Source of the DNA: an uncultured Alphaproteobacteria bacterium
GTDB taxonomy: Bacteria > Pseudomonadota > Alphaproteobacteria > Rhizobiales > Xanthobacteraceae
DNA: 64,000 nt
Assembly (NCBI GenBank): GCA_963786045.1
Contig: CAWAXR010000029.1
Span: forward strand, 622-64,621
Direction: 5' to 3'
Part shown: piece by piece, positions 1-10,223 of the stretch
Numbering within the stretch: the first letter of the stretch is position 1
Layout: the number at the start of each line of letters is the position of its first letter
Made by a program: the position numbers and the translations under genes
Notes under the pieces: model-generated
What the model saw: the letters and a program-made list of their open reading frames with translations, nothing else
What the model was told of the DNA's origin: nothing
Database searches by the model: none

Positions 1-494
1 AGCCCAAGCCAACGCCCGGAAGCCGTGACGATTTCCTGGTGGGGTACCGGTTGAGGATTGAGAAGTCGTTCGCGTTTCAGAAAACCGATGGCGGCAGCTG
101 GCGCTGCAATTCATCCGCGCTGCAGCCGGTAGAGGTCGGGGTCGCGACAAGCGGTCCCTGACGGTCAGGAGCGACGCGGAATGACTTGATTATTCCACCG
201 CGCGGCAAGTTCCTCGGATTCTTGGGGCGCGCGCCACGCGATCCGTTTGCGCGCTCGCCAGTTCGGCCAAATCGGACCGTTTGCGATGTTGCACCGCATC
301 AGAATGCGCACCGCATTTCGTTTGACGGAAAAAATAATGGCACAAGTTTTTCTTTTTTGTGCCGTTCCAGATCAAACGTCATTGCGTTGAGATGCACGCA
401 CGCCTGCCTTGTTTTCGTGTTGACGCTTTCGGATTTCGGGAAGATTGTCGACGCAGCGTCAGAGAATAGACGCGCATACATTGGGAGGGAACGG

Positions 495-2162
495 ATGATA
501 CGCATCGCGCTTGCTGCAAGCCTTGCTATACTCGCTCCATATGGTGCGAGTGCCCAGACCGCCGATCAATTGGTCAAGGGCGCGACTGACACCTCGAACG
601 TCCTCAACTACGGCATGGGATATAACCTGCAGCGGTTCAGTCCGCTCACGCAGATCAACAAGGACAATGCCAAAAATCTGGTTCCGGTGTGGAACTACAG
701 CCTTGCCGATGACCGCAGCGAAGAGTCGCAGCCGATCGTCTACAAAGGCGTCATTTATGTCACCACCCACGCCGCCACGATGGCGGTCGACGCCAAGACC
801 GGCAAGCAGATATGGAAGACCAAAGTCGAGTATCCCGCCGAAACTCCCAGGATCGTATGCTGCGGCATTATCAATCGGGGTGCGGCGATCTATGACGGCA
901 AGCTGTTCCGCACCACGCTCGACGCCAATGTGATCGCGCTCGATGCCGCGACAGGCAAGGAACTCTGGCGTCAGAAGGCCGCCGACATCAAAGAGGGCTA
1001 TTCGATGACGGTGGCGCCGCTCGTCGCTGACGGAGTCGTCCTGACCGGCATCTCCGGAGCCGAGTTCGGCACCCGCGGTTTCATCGACGGGTGGGATCCG
1101 GCGACCGGCAAGCATCTGTGGCGCACCCACACCATACCCACGCCCGACGAGCCCGGCGGCGACACCTGGAAGGGCGACACCTGGAAGCTGGGTGGCGGAT
1201 CGACGTGGATCACCGGCTCTTATGACCCTGAGCTGAACACGGTCTATTGGGGCATCGGCAACCCGGGACCGTTCAATTCGGCGGTGCGCCCGGGCGACAA
1301 TCTCTACACCTGCTCCGTCCTCGCCCTCGAGCCGAAGACCGGCAAGATCAAGTGGCACTACCAGTTCTCGCCGAACAATCCATTCGACTATGATTCCGTC
1401 GCCGAGATGGTGCTCGCCGATCTCAATGTCGGCGGTAAGCCGACCAAGGTGCTGATGGATGCCAACCGTAATGGCTTCTTCTATGTCCTGGATCGCACCA
1501 ACGGGAAGCTGCTCGCGGCAAATCCCTATGTGAAGGTCAATTGGGCTTCCGGCATCGACATGAAGACGGGCCGTCCGATCGAGACGGACGTCACCAAGGA
1601 CGCCCGAGACGGCAAGAAAGTTACCGTCTATCCGTCGATCCTCGGCGGCAAGAATTGGGAGCCGATGTCGTTCAACCCGCAGACCGGCCTTGCCTATGCC
1701 AATACGCTCGCCTTCGGCGGCCACTACAAGACCGAGCCGGCGACTTACAAGGCCGGCGAGTGGTATCTCGGCATGGACCTGACGGATTTGTGGGACTGGC
1801 CTGAAGGACCGCGCGGCCACCTCAAGGCTATCGATCCCTTGACCGGGAAGACAAAGTGGGAAGCGCCGAGCGACATTCCGCGTTTCTCCGGAGTGCTGTC
1901 GACGGCCGGTGGCGTAGTCTTCTCCGGCCAGTTGACCGGCGAGTTCGAAGCGTTCGACGCCAATGACGGCAAGAAGCTATGGCAGTTCCAGACCGGCTCG
2001 GGCATCGAAGGGCAGCCAGTCACATGGCAGCAGGACGGTATCCAGTATGTCGCGGTGACCAGCGGATATGGTGGAGTCTATTCACTGTTCGCCGGAGACG
2101 AGCGGCTGGCCAAGGTGCCGGCCGGCGGTTCACTCTGGGTGTTCGCGGTAAAGCCTCAATAG
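495..2162 (+). CDS. PQQ-dependent alcohol dehydrogenase family quinoprotein, with a lanthanide-type DxD motif
   Basis: ATG at 495 after GGGAGGGA; signal peptide MIRIALAASLAILAPYGASAQ; vicinal CC (RIVCCGIINRG), GAEFGTRG, WKLGGGSTW, PFDYDSVAE, ANRNGFFYVLDR, Trp-docking repeats. The 186 start in the ORF track is probably an over-extension. Confidence 0.9.
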   Translation: MIRIALAASLAILAPYGASAQTADQLVKGATDTSNVLNYGMGYNLQRFSPLTQINKDNAKNLVPVWNYSLADDRSEESQPIVYKGVIYVTTHAATMAVDAKTGKQIWKTKVEYPAETPRIVCCGIINRGAAIYDGKLFRTTLDANVIALDAATGKELWRQKAADIKEGYSMTVAPLVADGVVLTGISGAEFGTRGFIDGWDPATGKHLWRTHTIPTPDEPGGDTWKGDTWKLGGGSTWITGSYDPELNTVYWGIGNPGPFNSAVRPGDNLYTCSVLALEPKTGKIKWHYQFSPNNPFDYDSVAEMVLADLNVGGKPTKVLMDANRNGFFYVLDRTNGKLLAANPYVKVNWASGIDMKTGRPIETDVTKDARDGKKVTVYPSILGGKNWEPMSFNPQTGLAYANTLAFGGHYKTEPATYKAGEWYLGMDLTDLWDWPEGPRGHLKAIDPLTGKTKWEAPSDIPRFSGVLSTAGGVVFSGQLTGEFEAFDANDGKKLWQFQTGSGIEGQPVTWQQDGIQYVAVTSGYGGVYSLFAGDERLAKVPAGGSLWVFAVKPQ

Positions 2163-2172
2163 GCAATCGCAA

Positions 2173-2532
2173 GTGATCTGGAGACCCTTCATCTGGGCGG
2201 CGGCATATCTCGCCGCCGCCACGATGGCGGCAAGCGCGCAGACCACGCCTGCCGTCGTACCGCAACAACAACAAAATGCCAGTGCTGATCAGGTAGAGAT
2301 CGATCAAGGCAAGACAACCTTTGCGCAGAGATGCTCGCACTGCCATGGCTTCAATATGGTCAATGCCGGCACGATCGCGCCCGACCTGCGCAAGTTTCCC
2401 GACGACAGGGAACGCTTCTTTACCACGGTGAAGTTGGGCAAGAACGGCAGGATGCCGCCTTGGGGCGACATCTTGAACGATGACCAGATAGCCTGCCTTT
2501 GGGCCTATATATCGAGCCGGAGAGATCGATGA
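2173..2532 (+). CDS. Periplasmic monoheme cytochrome c, likely electron acceptor of the PQQ enzyme
   Basis: Signal peptide, CSHCH heme motif, distal Met in GRMPPW; 10 bp after the dehydrogenase stop. Confidence 0.85.
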   Translation: MIWRPFIWAAAYLAAATMAASAQTTPAVVPQQQQNASADQVEIDQGKTTFAQRCSHCHGFNMVNAGTIAPDLRKFPDDRERFFTTVKLGKNGRMPPWGDILNDDQIACLWAYISSRRDR

Positions 2533-3473
2533 GGACCTGGCTGGCGACATCTTGGGCAACCCTGTTTGTGGCACTGGCCACGATGACGGCAACCCGAGCT
2601 GACGAAATTTTGAAAATCTGTCTCGACGAGGATCTGCCTCCGCTTTCCGCTCATCATCGCGGCAAGCCCGATACCGGGTTCGACGTCGCGCTCGCGAAAG
2701 CCGTCGCCGACCGGCTTGGCCGGCCACTCAAGATCCAATGGTTCGAAAGCAAGCTCGACGAAGATTCGAGCCCTGCCCTCGAAGCCAATGCCCTGCTCTC
2801 CGACGGCCGCTGCTCGCTCGTCGGCAGCTATGCCTTGACGAAGGATTCGCTGGTGGCGCCGGGCGTCAAGACCGCAAAGCTGCCCGATTTCGAGGGCGCC
2901 ACGCGCGACGATCGCAGGCGCCGCGTGCCGCTCGGCGCGCTCGCGCCAAGTCAGGCCTACCTCTATTCGCCGTTGACAATCGTGCTTGGCCCCAAGGCGC
3001 CCGAAAAGGCGCCCGACCGTCGCATCGCCGGTATCGGCGACCTCGCCGGGCTCCGTATCGGCATCGAGAGCGGGACCCTCGCCGACGCGATCCTGATGAC
3101 GTTCGACAGCGGACGGCTGATCGACAACATCACGCATCTGGTCCCGGGTCGCGACGATCTGCTCGGCGCGCTCGATCGTGGCGATCTCGACGTAACGCTG
3201 CTCGACTTGCGGCGGCTCGATGCCTACCGCGCCGTCCATCCTGACACCAAGCTCGTTGCTTCCGGATATTATTATCCGATCGGCGCCAATCGCGGCTATG
3301 TCGGCCTCGCCGGCGATCCCGACCTGCTGGCTGCGGTCAACAAGGTGCTGACCGGCTTGCAGGCCGACGGAACCATCGCAGACCTCGGCCGGGCGGCCGG
3401 CCTCACCTATCTGCCGCCCCGCGAGCCGGCGATACTCGGCGACGTGTGGCTGCAGATACTTCAGAAGCGATGA
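2529..3473 (+). CDS. Family-3-type periplasmic substrate-binding protein (MxaJ/XoxJ-like position)
   Basis: ATGA overlap with the cytochrome stop; signal peptide; LKICLDEDLPPLS and GFDVALAKAVADRLG match the SBP_bac_3/MxaJ-like pattern. Confidence 0.7.
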   Translation: MRTWLATSWATLFVALATMTATRADEILKICLDEDLPPLSAHHRGKPDTGFDVALAKAVADRLGRPLKIQWFESKLDEDSSPALEANALLSDGRCSLVGSYALTKDSLVAPGVKTAKLPDFEGATRDDRRRRVPLGALAPSQAYLYSPLTIVLGPKAPEKAPDRRIAGIGDLAGLRIGIESGTLADAILMTFDSGRLIDNITHLVPGRDDLLGALDRGDLDVTLLDLRRLDAYRAVHPDTKLVASGYYYPIGANRGYVGLAGDPDLLAAVNKVLTGLQADGTIADLGRAAGLTYLPPREPAILGDVWLQILQKR

Positions 3474-3610
3474 GGGGTCCTTCGCCTCGGAGCAAGCAAT
3501 GTCGGCGAATTGCGCGTATTGGCGGAATTTGCGATCGCCGATTCACCGCGCCGAAATAGTTTTTAGTCCATGGTTCGCAGCGGCTCGCAAACCTGGATTG
3601 TCCCGACATC

Positions 3611-4363
3611 ATGAAGCCCGATCAGTCCGCCCTGCAGGTGCGAGGGTTAACAAAGCGTTTTGACCGCCTCGCGGTCGACGCGCTCGATCTCACCATCCAT
3701 GCCGGCGAATTCTATGCCCTGCTCGGCCCGAACGGCGCCGGCAAAACGACGACCTTGCGCATGGTGGCCGGGCTGCTGCGGCCGGACGCCGGCTCCGTCT
3801 CGGTGCTCGGCATCGATGCGCTCAACGACCCGGTCGCGGCAAAGCAGATCACGGCATGGGTGTCGGACGAGCCGATGATCTACGACAAATTGACCCCGCT
3901 GGAATACCTCGAATTCGTCGCCGGCCTCTGGGGCATCGAGCCCTCGGTCGCGGAATCATCCGCGCGCGATTTGCTCGCCTCGCTTGGGCTGGAGCCAAAC
4001 ATGCACAAACGCTGCGAGGGATTTTCCAAGGGCATGCGCCAGAAGGTCGCGCTGGCGGGAGCGCTGGTGCACAATCCCCGCCTGATCATCCTCGATGAAC
4101 CGCTTACCGGCCTCGACGCCGTGTCAGCGCGTCACGTCAAGGGATTGCTCGGTGAACGCGTGCGCGCCGGCTGCACCGTCATCATGACCACGCATATCCT
4201 GGAAGTGGCCGAACGCATGGCCGACCGCATCGGCGTCATCGCCTCGGGCCGGCTTGTCGCCGAAGGCACGCTCTCGGAGCTGCGTCAGCAGAACGGAAAA
4301 AACGATACCAGCCTCGAAGACATGTTCATCGCGCTGGTCGATACCGAGGCCTCGGCCGCATGA
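3611..4363 (+). CDS. ABC transporter ATP-binding protein (ABC-2/exporter type)
   Basis: Walker A GPNGAGKTT, signature FSKGMRQ, Walker B IILDEP, H-loop TTH. Confidence 0.92.
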   Translation: MKPDQSALQVRGLTKRFDRLAVDALDLTIHAGEFYALLGPNGAGKTTTLRMVAGLLRPDAGSVSVLGIDALNDPVAAKQITAWVSDEPMIYDKLTPLEYLEFVAGLWGIEPSVAESSARDLLASLGLEPNMHKRCEGFSKGMRQKVALAGALVHNPRLIILDEPLTGLDAVSARHVKGLLGERVRAGCTVIMTTHILEVAERMADRIGVIASGRLVAEGTLSELRQQNGKNDTSLEDMFIALVDTEASAA

Positions 4364-5883
4364 TGCCGACCGCGCTGACCTGGTTTGCCCGGCACGAAAT
4401 CCGGCTGGCATGGCGGGAATGGCTCGCGATGATGACGGCCGGCCGGCGCGGCCGCAAACGCGCCGCGATCGTCGGCCTCCTGATCCTGGCCGCGCTGATG
4501 CATCTGCCGGCCTACGCCGTGATCGGAAGATATGCCGACCTGCAGGCGCCGCTCGACAAATCCGCGCTCATTGTCATCACGGCGACCATATTCCTGGCCT
4601 GGGCCCTGATGCTGTCACAGGCGATCGAATCGGTGACCCGGGTGTTCTACGCCCGCGCCGATCTCGATCTGATCATGTCCTCGCCGGTCCGGTTGACCGA
4701 GGTGTTTTCGGTGCGCCTTGCCGCGATCGCGCTGTCGGTGACAGCTATGGCGATGCTGTTTTCGACGCCGTTCATCGACGTTCTGGTGCTTGGCGGCGGC
4801 TTCAGATGGCTCGCGGCCTACGGTGTCGTAACCGCCATTGGCCTGACCGCAGCGGCGGTCGCGGTCGCGGTGACCATCGTGCTGTTCCGGACGATCGGCC
4901 CGAGTCGGACCCGGCTGATCGCCCAAATTCTCGCGGCGATCATCGGCGCCGGTTTCGTCATTGCGCTGCAGGTCGCCGCGATCCTGTCTTATGGCACGCT
5001 GTCGCGGTTCGCGGTTCTGACCTCCGACGCGGCCGCGGCGTATGCGCCCAACGCCGACAGCATCATCTGGTGGCCGGCGCGCGCCGCGCTTGGCGATGGC
5101 GAGGCGCTTTCGCTCTTGCTGGCTTTTGGCCTGATGCTGCTTGGCGCGGTGATGGCGACCTTCTCGGCGGGATTTGCCGACACTGCGGTCCGTGCTTCGG
5201 CAAATGCCGCGCCGGCCCATCACGCCTTCCGGGCGCGGGCGTTTCGCTCGGGCACGCGGCAACACGCGTTGCGCTGGAAGGAATTCACGCTGCTGCGGCG
5301 CGATCCCTGGCTGGTGTCGCAGAGCCTGATGCAATTGCTCTATCTGGTGCCGCCGGCGCTGATGCTGTGGCGAAGCTTCAGCGACAGTTCGGTTGCCATC
5401 GTGCTGATCACGCCCGTGGTCGTGATGGCGGCCGGCCAGCTCGCCGGCGGCCTTGGGTGGCTCACGATATCGGGTGAAGACGCTCCCGATCTCGTGGCAA
5501 CTGCGCCGCTGCCATCCTTGCGTGTGATCCGCGCCAAGATCGAAGTGGTGCTGATCGCGATCGGCGTTTTGTTCGCGCCGCTGGTCATGGCTTTGGTCTT
5601 CGCCTCGCCGATGCAGGCGGTGGTTACCGCGGCCGGCGTTGCCGTTGCCGCGGTTTCCGCGACAGCCATCCAGCTCTGGTTTCGGGTGCAGGCCCGCCGC
5701 AGCCAGTTTCGCCGCCGCCAGACCTCGTCGCGGCTGGCGACGTTCGCGGAAGCCTTTTCCTCAATCGGCTGGGCGGCAACCGCGGCACTCGCACTGTCGA
5801 TTCCCATAGCCGCGCTCGTCAGCGGGTTCATGACCGCTTGCATCGTGGCCGCAACCTGGAAAATCAGCCCGCGGCGCGCGTAG
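4360..5883 (+). CDS. Putative ABC-2 type permease (multi-pass membrane protein)
   Basis: ATGA overlap with the ATPase; many hydrophobic segments in two halves; KEFTLLRRDP motif. Confidence 0.75.
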   Translation: MMPTALTWFARHEIRLAWREWLAMMTAGRRGRKRAAIVGLLILAALMHLPAYAVIGRYADLQAPLDKSALIVITATIFLAWALMLSQAIESVTRVFYARADLDLIMSSPVRLTEVFSVRLAAIALSVTAMAMLFSTPFIDVLVLGGGFRWLAAYGVVTAIGLTAAAVAVAVTIVLFRTIGPSRTRLIAQILAAIIGAGFVIALQVAAILSYGTLSRFAVLTSDAAAAYAPNADSIIWWPARAALGDGEALSLLLAFGLMLLGAVMATFSAGFADTAVRASANAAPAHHAFRARAFRSGTRQHALRWKEFTLLRRDPWLVSQSLMQLLYLVPPALMLWRSFSDSSVAIVLITPVVVMAAGQLAGGLGWLTISGEDAPDLVATAPLPSLRVIRAKIEVVLIAIGVLFAPLVMALVFASPMQAVVTAAGVAVAAVSATAIQLWFRVQARRSQFRRRQTSSRLATFAEAFSSIGWAATAALALSIPIAALVSGFMTACIVAATWKISPRRA

Positions 5884-6146
5884 GCGGCCTAACTCTTTCG
5901 TTCCAACGCCTTTATCAACTCCATCACCGCGCCCGCGAACCGCCCGGACCACCTCGCATCCGACAGCGAAACCCGGACTTTGAGGCGATCCGGCGAATTC
6001 CAAATGGAAATTCCCGGGAGCGGTCATTCAAATCATCCGGCTGCTACTGGAGAGGCGTCACCACAGACATACGTGATCGCCACCATGACGCAGGCATCAT
6101 TGCGCGTTACAGTACCCTTCCGGACGTCACCTGAAGCGGGCCCGCC

Positions 6147-6965
6147 ATGTTGCGATTCCTTGCTGCTGTCTTTGGTCTGCTGGGCCTTCCGATCGCGCCG
6201 GCGGCCGCCCAGGATGCTCCGCATGCCAGCGAGTGTCTTGCAATGTCGCAGGCCCAGCCCCTCGCCACCCCGGTCGGCCTCCGCCGGCTGGCAGCGAAGG
6301 CGGACGAAGTCGCGATCACCTATGCCGGCCATTCGACCTATTATATCGACACACCGGGCGGCGTGCGGATCGCCACCGACTATAGCGGCGCCTACACCGC
6401 GGGTCGCCTGCCCGACGTCGTCACCATGAACCGGGCACACAGCACCCACTATACGTTGTTCCCCGATCGGCGCATTCCCCATGTGCTGCACGGCTGGGGC
6501 GATGACGGCAAGCCTGCACAAATCGCCGAGCGGATCGGCGATGTCTTCATCCGCAACGTGACGACCGACATTCGCCGCTATTTCAGCGACGATTCGAGTG
6601 GGGAGATGATCAGGGATGGCAACTCCATCTTCATCTTCGAGGTCGCTGGCCTCTGTATCGGGCATCTCGGCCATCTGCATCATAAGCTCGACGACAGCCA
6701 TTTTGCGGCGATCGGCCGGCTCGATATCGTGATGGTGCCGATCGATGGCACCTATACGATGTCGCTTGACGGCATCTCGGACATCACGCGACGGCTGCGC
6801 GCGTCCGTCGTTTTGCCGATGCATCGCTTCATGACGCCGCTCGACGAATTCATGCGCAGGATCGGTCAACAGTTCGAGATCGACATGCGGACCGAACGGA
6901 CATTGACGATCTCGCGGGATTCGCTGCCGGGAACGCCGACCGTCATTATTCTCCGCGGCGTTTGA
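6147..6965 (+). CDS. Exported MBL-fold metallo-hydrolase
   Basis: Signal peptide; ITYAGHSTYYI, VTMNRAHSTH, HLGHLHH, DIVMVPIDG and PMH motifs. Confidence 0.75.
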   Translation: MLRFLAAVFGLLGLPIAPAAAQDAPHASECLAMSQAQPLATPVGLRRLAAKADEVAITYAGHSTYYIDTPGGVRIATDYSGAYTAGRLPDVVTMNRAHSTHYTLFPDRRIPHVLHGWGDDGKPAQIAERIGDVFIRNVTTDIRRYFSDDSSGEMIRDGNSIFIFEVAGLCIGHLGHLHHKLDDSHFAAIGRLDIVMVPIDGTYTMSLDGISDITRRLRASVVLPMHRFMTPLDEFMRRIGQQFEIDMRTERTLTISRDSLPGTPTVIILRGV

Positions 6966-7016
6966 ACCGCCGATCCGAAAACAGCTGCAAAAAAGTGAAA
7001 AAGGGAGTGACGATCC

Positions 7017-8069
7017 ATGGTCTCCGGCAATCCGCCCGCCTCGAGAAGCGGTCTCTACGCCGATCCGCGGCCAGACTGGCTCGCCCAGCGCAGGGAGGCG
7101 GTTCTCGATCCCGAGCGCCCGATCGTCGATCCCCACCATCATTTGTGGGATCGGGACGGTCAGCGCTACCTGATCGAGGAGATCGCCGAAGACGTTGCTT
7201 CCGGCCACAACATCATTGCGACGGTTTATATTGAGGCTCGCTCGATGTACCGCGCCCACGGGCCGGAATCGTTTCGTCCCCTGGGCGAAGTTGAATTCGC
7301 CAACGGCGCCGCGGCGATGAGCGCGAGCGGCGGCTACGGTCCCGCCGCCGTCTGCGCCGGCATCGTCGGCCACGTCAATTTGCTGCTGGGCGATGGCGCG
7401 CGGCCCGTGCTCGAAGCGGAAATCGCCGCCGGCCAGGGCCGCTTCCGCGGCATCCGGCATTCTTCCGCCTGGGACGCCGATGCCGACGTCGCCGGCATGT
7501 ACGCCACGCGGCCGAAAAGTCTGCTGCTCGATTCCACTTTTCGCAAGGGCTTTGCCTGCCTCGCGCCGCTGGGCTTGAGTTTCGATGCCTGGCTGTTTCA
7601 TCCGCAGATCGGCGAACTCACCGATCTTGCCCGCGCCTTTCCCGACACCCAGATCGTGCTCGATCATTGCGGCGGTCCGGTCGGCACCGGCAGCTACGCC
7701 AACCGGCGCGAGGAAATCTTCGCAGCCTGGAAAGCCTCGATCCAGGAAATCGCAAGATGTCCCAACGTCGTCGTGAAACTCGGCGGACTCGCCATGCGGC
7801 TGCTCGGCTATGACTTTCACGAACGCCCGCTGCCGCCGTCGTCGGAGGAACTGGCGGCGGCGTGGCGGCCCTATATCGAGACCTGCATCGAGGCTTTCGG
7901 TCCAGCGCGGGCGATGTTCGAGAGCAATTTTCCGCCTGATAAAGGCCAGTGCAGCTATCAGGTGGTCTTCAACGCCTTCAAGCGCATCGCCGCGCCGTAC
8001 AGCGAAATCGAGAAGACGGCGTTGTTTTCGAAGACCGCTACCGATTTTTACAGGCTGAAGCCTGGCTGA
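7017..8069 (+). CDS. Amidohydrolase family 2 protein
   Basis: IVDPHHHLW, FRGIRH, IVLDHCGGP, VVVKLGG and RAMFESNFPPD motifs. Confidence 0.87.
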   Translation: MVSGNPPASRSGLYADPRPDWLAQRREAVLDPERPIVDPHHHLWDRDGQRYLIEEIAEDVASGHNIIATVYIEARSMYRAHGPESFRPLGEVEFANGAAAMSASGGYGPAAVCAGIVGHVNLLLGDGARPVLEAEIAAGQGRFRGIRHSSAWDADADVAGMYATRPKSLLLDSTFRKGFACLAPLGLSFDAWLFHPQIGELTDLARAFPDTQIVLDHCGGPVGTGSYANRREEIFAAWKASIQEIARCPNVVVKLGGLAMRLLGYDFHERPLPPSSEELAAAWRPYIETCIEAFGPARAMFESNFPPDKGQCSYQVVFNAFKRIAAPYSEIEKTALFSKTATDFYRLKPG

Positions 8070-8217
8070 GGGACCTGTTCACGCCGCTACCGATGCTGAT
8101 CAGGAAAGGCCGCGCCCATCACAGCGAGATGCGGCGCGAAGCGACCCGGCTGATTGAGCCGGCAAGGTCATACCCCGGCATCGGTGCCGGCTTTTGGGCT
8201 GGCTTCGACCTGCCCTT

Positions 8218-8673
8218 TCAGGCCGAGCCAACCAGGCTCGCGGATTGGCGCGTGCCGGATGGCAGCAGGGTTCGCTTGATCTTGTTGATCGCCCGCAGCG
8301 CGAGGCCGATCAGAAACGGCTGGGTCGTCCGGCAGAACGCCAGCTTCCGGACATGGCCCTCGACATGCCATTTGGCATGCGCGCCGCGCCTGAAGAAGAT
8401 GACATCGCCGGGGCCGTAGCGGGTTGGTGGCATCGTATCGTTTTCAAGAACGATCGATCCCTCGAGGATCAGGATCGTCTCGTCAAAATCATAGTACCAG
8501 TTGAATTTGCCTTCGCTGCACTGCCAGACGATGCTCGTCGCCATCCCGTCCGCACTTGTTGACAGATCGGATGCCTGCGCGAGCGGATTGCCCTCAATGA
8601 TCCAGGACGGCTCGATCGGTCTCGGCGTCAGCTTCACGGCGACGTTGGCAGTCTCAATCAGGGCGCGCGGCAT
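8218..8673 (-). CDS. Cupin domain protein (DUF861/EutQ-like)
   Basis: WQCSEGKFNWYYDFDETILILEG and YGPGDVIFF; GAGG RBS before the ATG at 8673. Confidence 0.8.
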   Translation of the reverse strand: MPRALIETANVAVKLTPRPIEPSWIIEGNPLAQASDLSTSADGMATSIVWQCSEGKFNWYYDFDETILILEGSIVLENDTMPPTRYGPGDVIFFRRGAHAKWHVEGHVRKLAFCRTTQPFLIGLALRAINKIKRTLLPSGTRQSASLVGSA

Positions 8674-8815
8674 CACGGACCTCAAACGGATAAATTAAAA
8701 ACCGGCTTAAGATGCAGAAGGCTGCAGCTTGGCGAAATTCAGCGCCAAGCTAATAATTACCCTTTAAGCTTTCGTTACGGTTTTCAATTCAATCAGCGCC
8801 GAAAATCGCTCCGGG

Positions 8816-10072
8816 TCAGGCCCACTCACCCTGCCGGAACACGGGCACCCGCCGGCCGTCGGCATAAAGACCGTCGATGTCGATCTTGCCCGAGCCGATC
8901 ATCCAATCGATATGGATGAGGCTCTTGTTGCCGCCCTGCGCGGCGATCTGCTCGGGAGTAAGCTTGGCGCCGTCGACGAAACATTTCGAATAACACTGGC
9001 CGAGCGCGATATGGCAGGCGGCGTTCTCATCGAACAGCGTATTGAAGAATAGCAGCCCGCTTTTTGAAATCGGCGAGGAATGCGGCACCAGCGCCACTTC
9101 GCCGAGCCGGCGCGCGCCCTCGTCGGTATCGAGGACCTTGTTCAGGACTTCCTCGCCGCGGGTGGCCTTCGCCTCAACGATGCGCCCCTCCTCGAAGCGT
9201 ACCGCGATGTCCTCGATCAGCGAGCCCTGGTAAGATAGCGGCTTGGTACTGACGACGTGGCCAAAGACCCGCCTTGCGTGTGGCGTGGTGAAAACCTCCT
9301 CCGTCGGGATATTCGCGTTGCAGGTGATCCCGTTTTTTGCCGTGGAGGCGCCGCCTTGCCATTCGTGGCCGTGGGCAAGCCCGATCGTCAGATCCGTACC
9401 CGGGCCGGAGTAGTGCAAGGCATCGAACCGCTGCCCGTTCAACCATTCGGTCCGGCTGCGCAACGCGGCATTGTGTTTCTGCCACGCCGCGATGGCGTCG
9501 TCACTATCCACCCGTGAGGCCGAAAAGATCGCGTCCGCAAGCTTTGCGACGGCGACATTTTCTTCGTCTTCGGGAAAGACCAGCTTTGCCCAGGACGGTG
9601 ACGGATAGGCGATAATATTCCAGTTGATGTCGAAATTGACGATACGTTCGAGCGCCGGCTTGTAAGCAATGGAATTGGCCTTGCTGGCGCGCGCGACCCT
9701 GGCTGGATCCTCGCCGGACAGCAGCATCGGATTGTCGCCGACGATGGCAAGCCGCGCGGTATTGCCGGCGAAGGCCTTCGACATCCCCTCATAAAGCCAG
9801 TCGGCGGCACGGTCGAAGCCGTCGCCCTGCCCAAACCGGTAGCGCGACAGCGTGACGGCCTCATCGGACAGGATCGGAGTAACGAGGCCCGCCCCCGCTT
9901 TGTAGGCATGTTCGGCGATCTTGCGCACCAACGGCAGCGCCACGGTCGGCGCGGTCACCAGCAGGTCCTGTCCGGGCTTGAGCTGAAGTCCGACCTTGAT
10001 GGCGACTTCCGCAAGACGGTCGAGTTTAACGGGATCAATCGGTGCCGGGATATTGGGTTCGCGAGCGTTCAT
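8816..10072 (-). CDS. Aminopeptidase, M29 (AmpS/PepS) family
   Basis: NIPTEEVFTTP, LGEVALV, NTLFDENAACHIALG and IHIDWMIG metal-binding motifs. Confidence 0.9.
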   Translation of the reverse strand: MNAREPNIPAPIDPVKLDRLAEVAIKVGLQLKPGQDLLVTAPTVALPLVRKIAEHAYKAGAGLVTPILSDEAVTLSRYRFGQGDGFDRAADWLYEGMSKAFAGNTARLAIVGDNPMLLSGEDPARVARASKANSIAYKPALERIVNFDINWNIIAYPSPSWAKLVFPEDEENVAVAKLADAIFSASRVDSDDAIAAWQKHNAALRSRTEWLNGQRFDALHYSGPGTDLTIGLAHGHEWQGGASTAKNGITCNANIPTEEVFTTPHARRVFGHVVSTKPLSYQGSLIEDIAVRFEEGRIVEAKATRGEEVLNKVLDTDEGARRLGEVALVPHSSPISKSGLLFFNTLFDENAACHIALGQCYSKCFVDGAKLTPEQIAAQGGNKSLIHIDWMIGSGKIDIDGLYADGRRVPVFRQGEWA

Positions 10073-10223
10073 GGGTGGACGGCCTGTCGTTGATGAATTT
10101 CCATTATACTTTTTTGGCGAGCGGCATTCCGCATTTAACACCGCAAACCACAATGCAAATGGTGAGCCGCGTCGAATTTATCAACGGGCGTCTCCGCGTG
10201 ACAATCGGGCGAGCAGCCTGATA

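Noticed and set aside
318-360. Possible sigma-54 promoter TGGCAC-AAGTT-TTTCT upstream of the PQQ gene
   Set aside because: The -12 GC dinucleotide is absent (TTTC, not TTGC), so it is not supportable.
459-1820. Long antisense ORFs such as 459-1820, 6033-7820, 14826-16592 and 11863-13008
   Set aside because: Shadows of well-supported genes in high-GC DNA, with no motifs.
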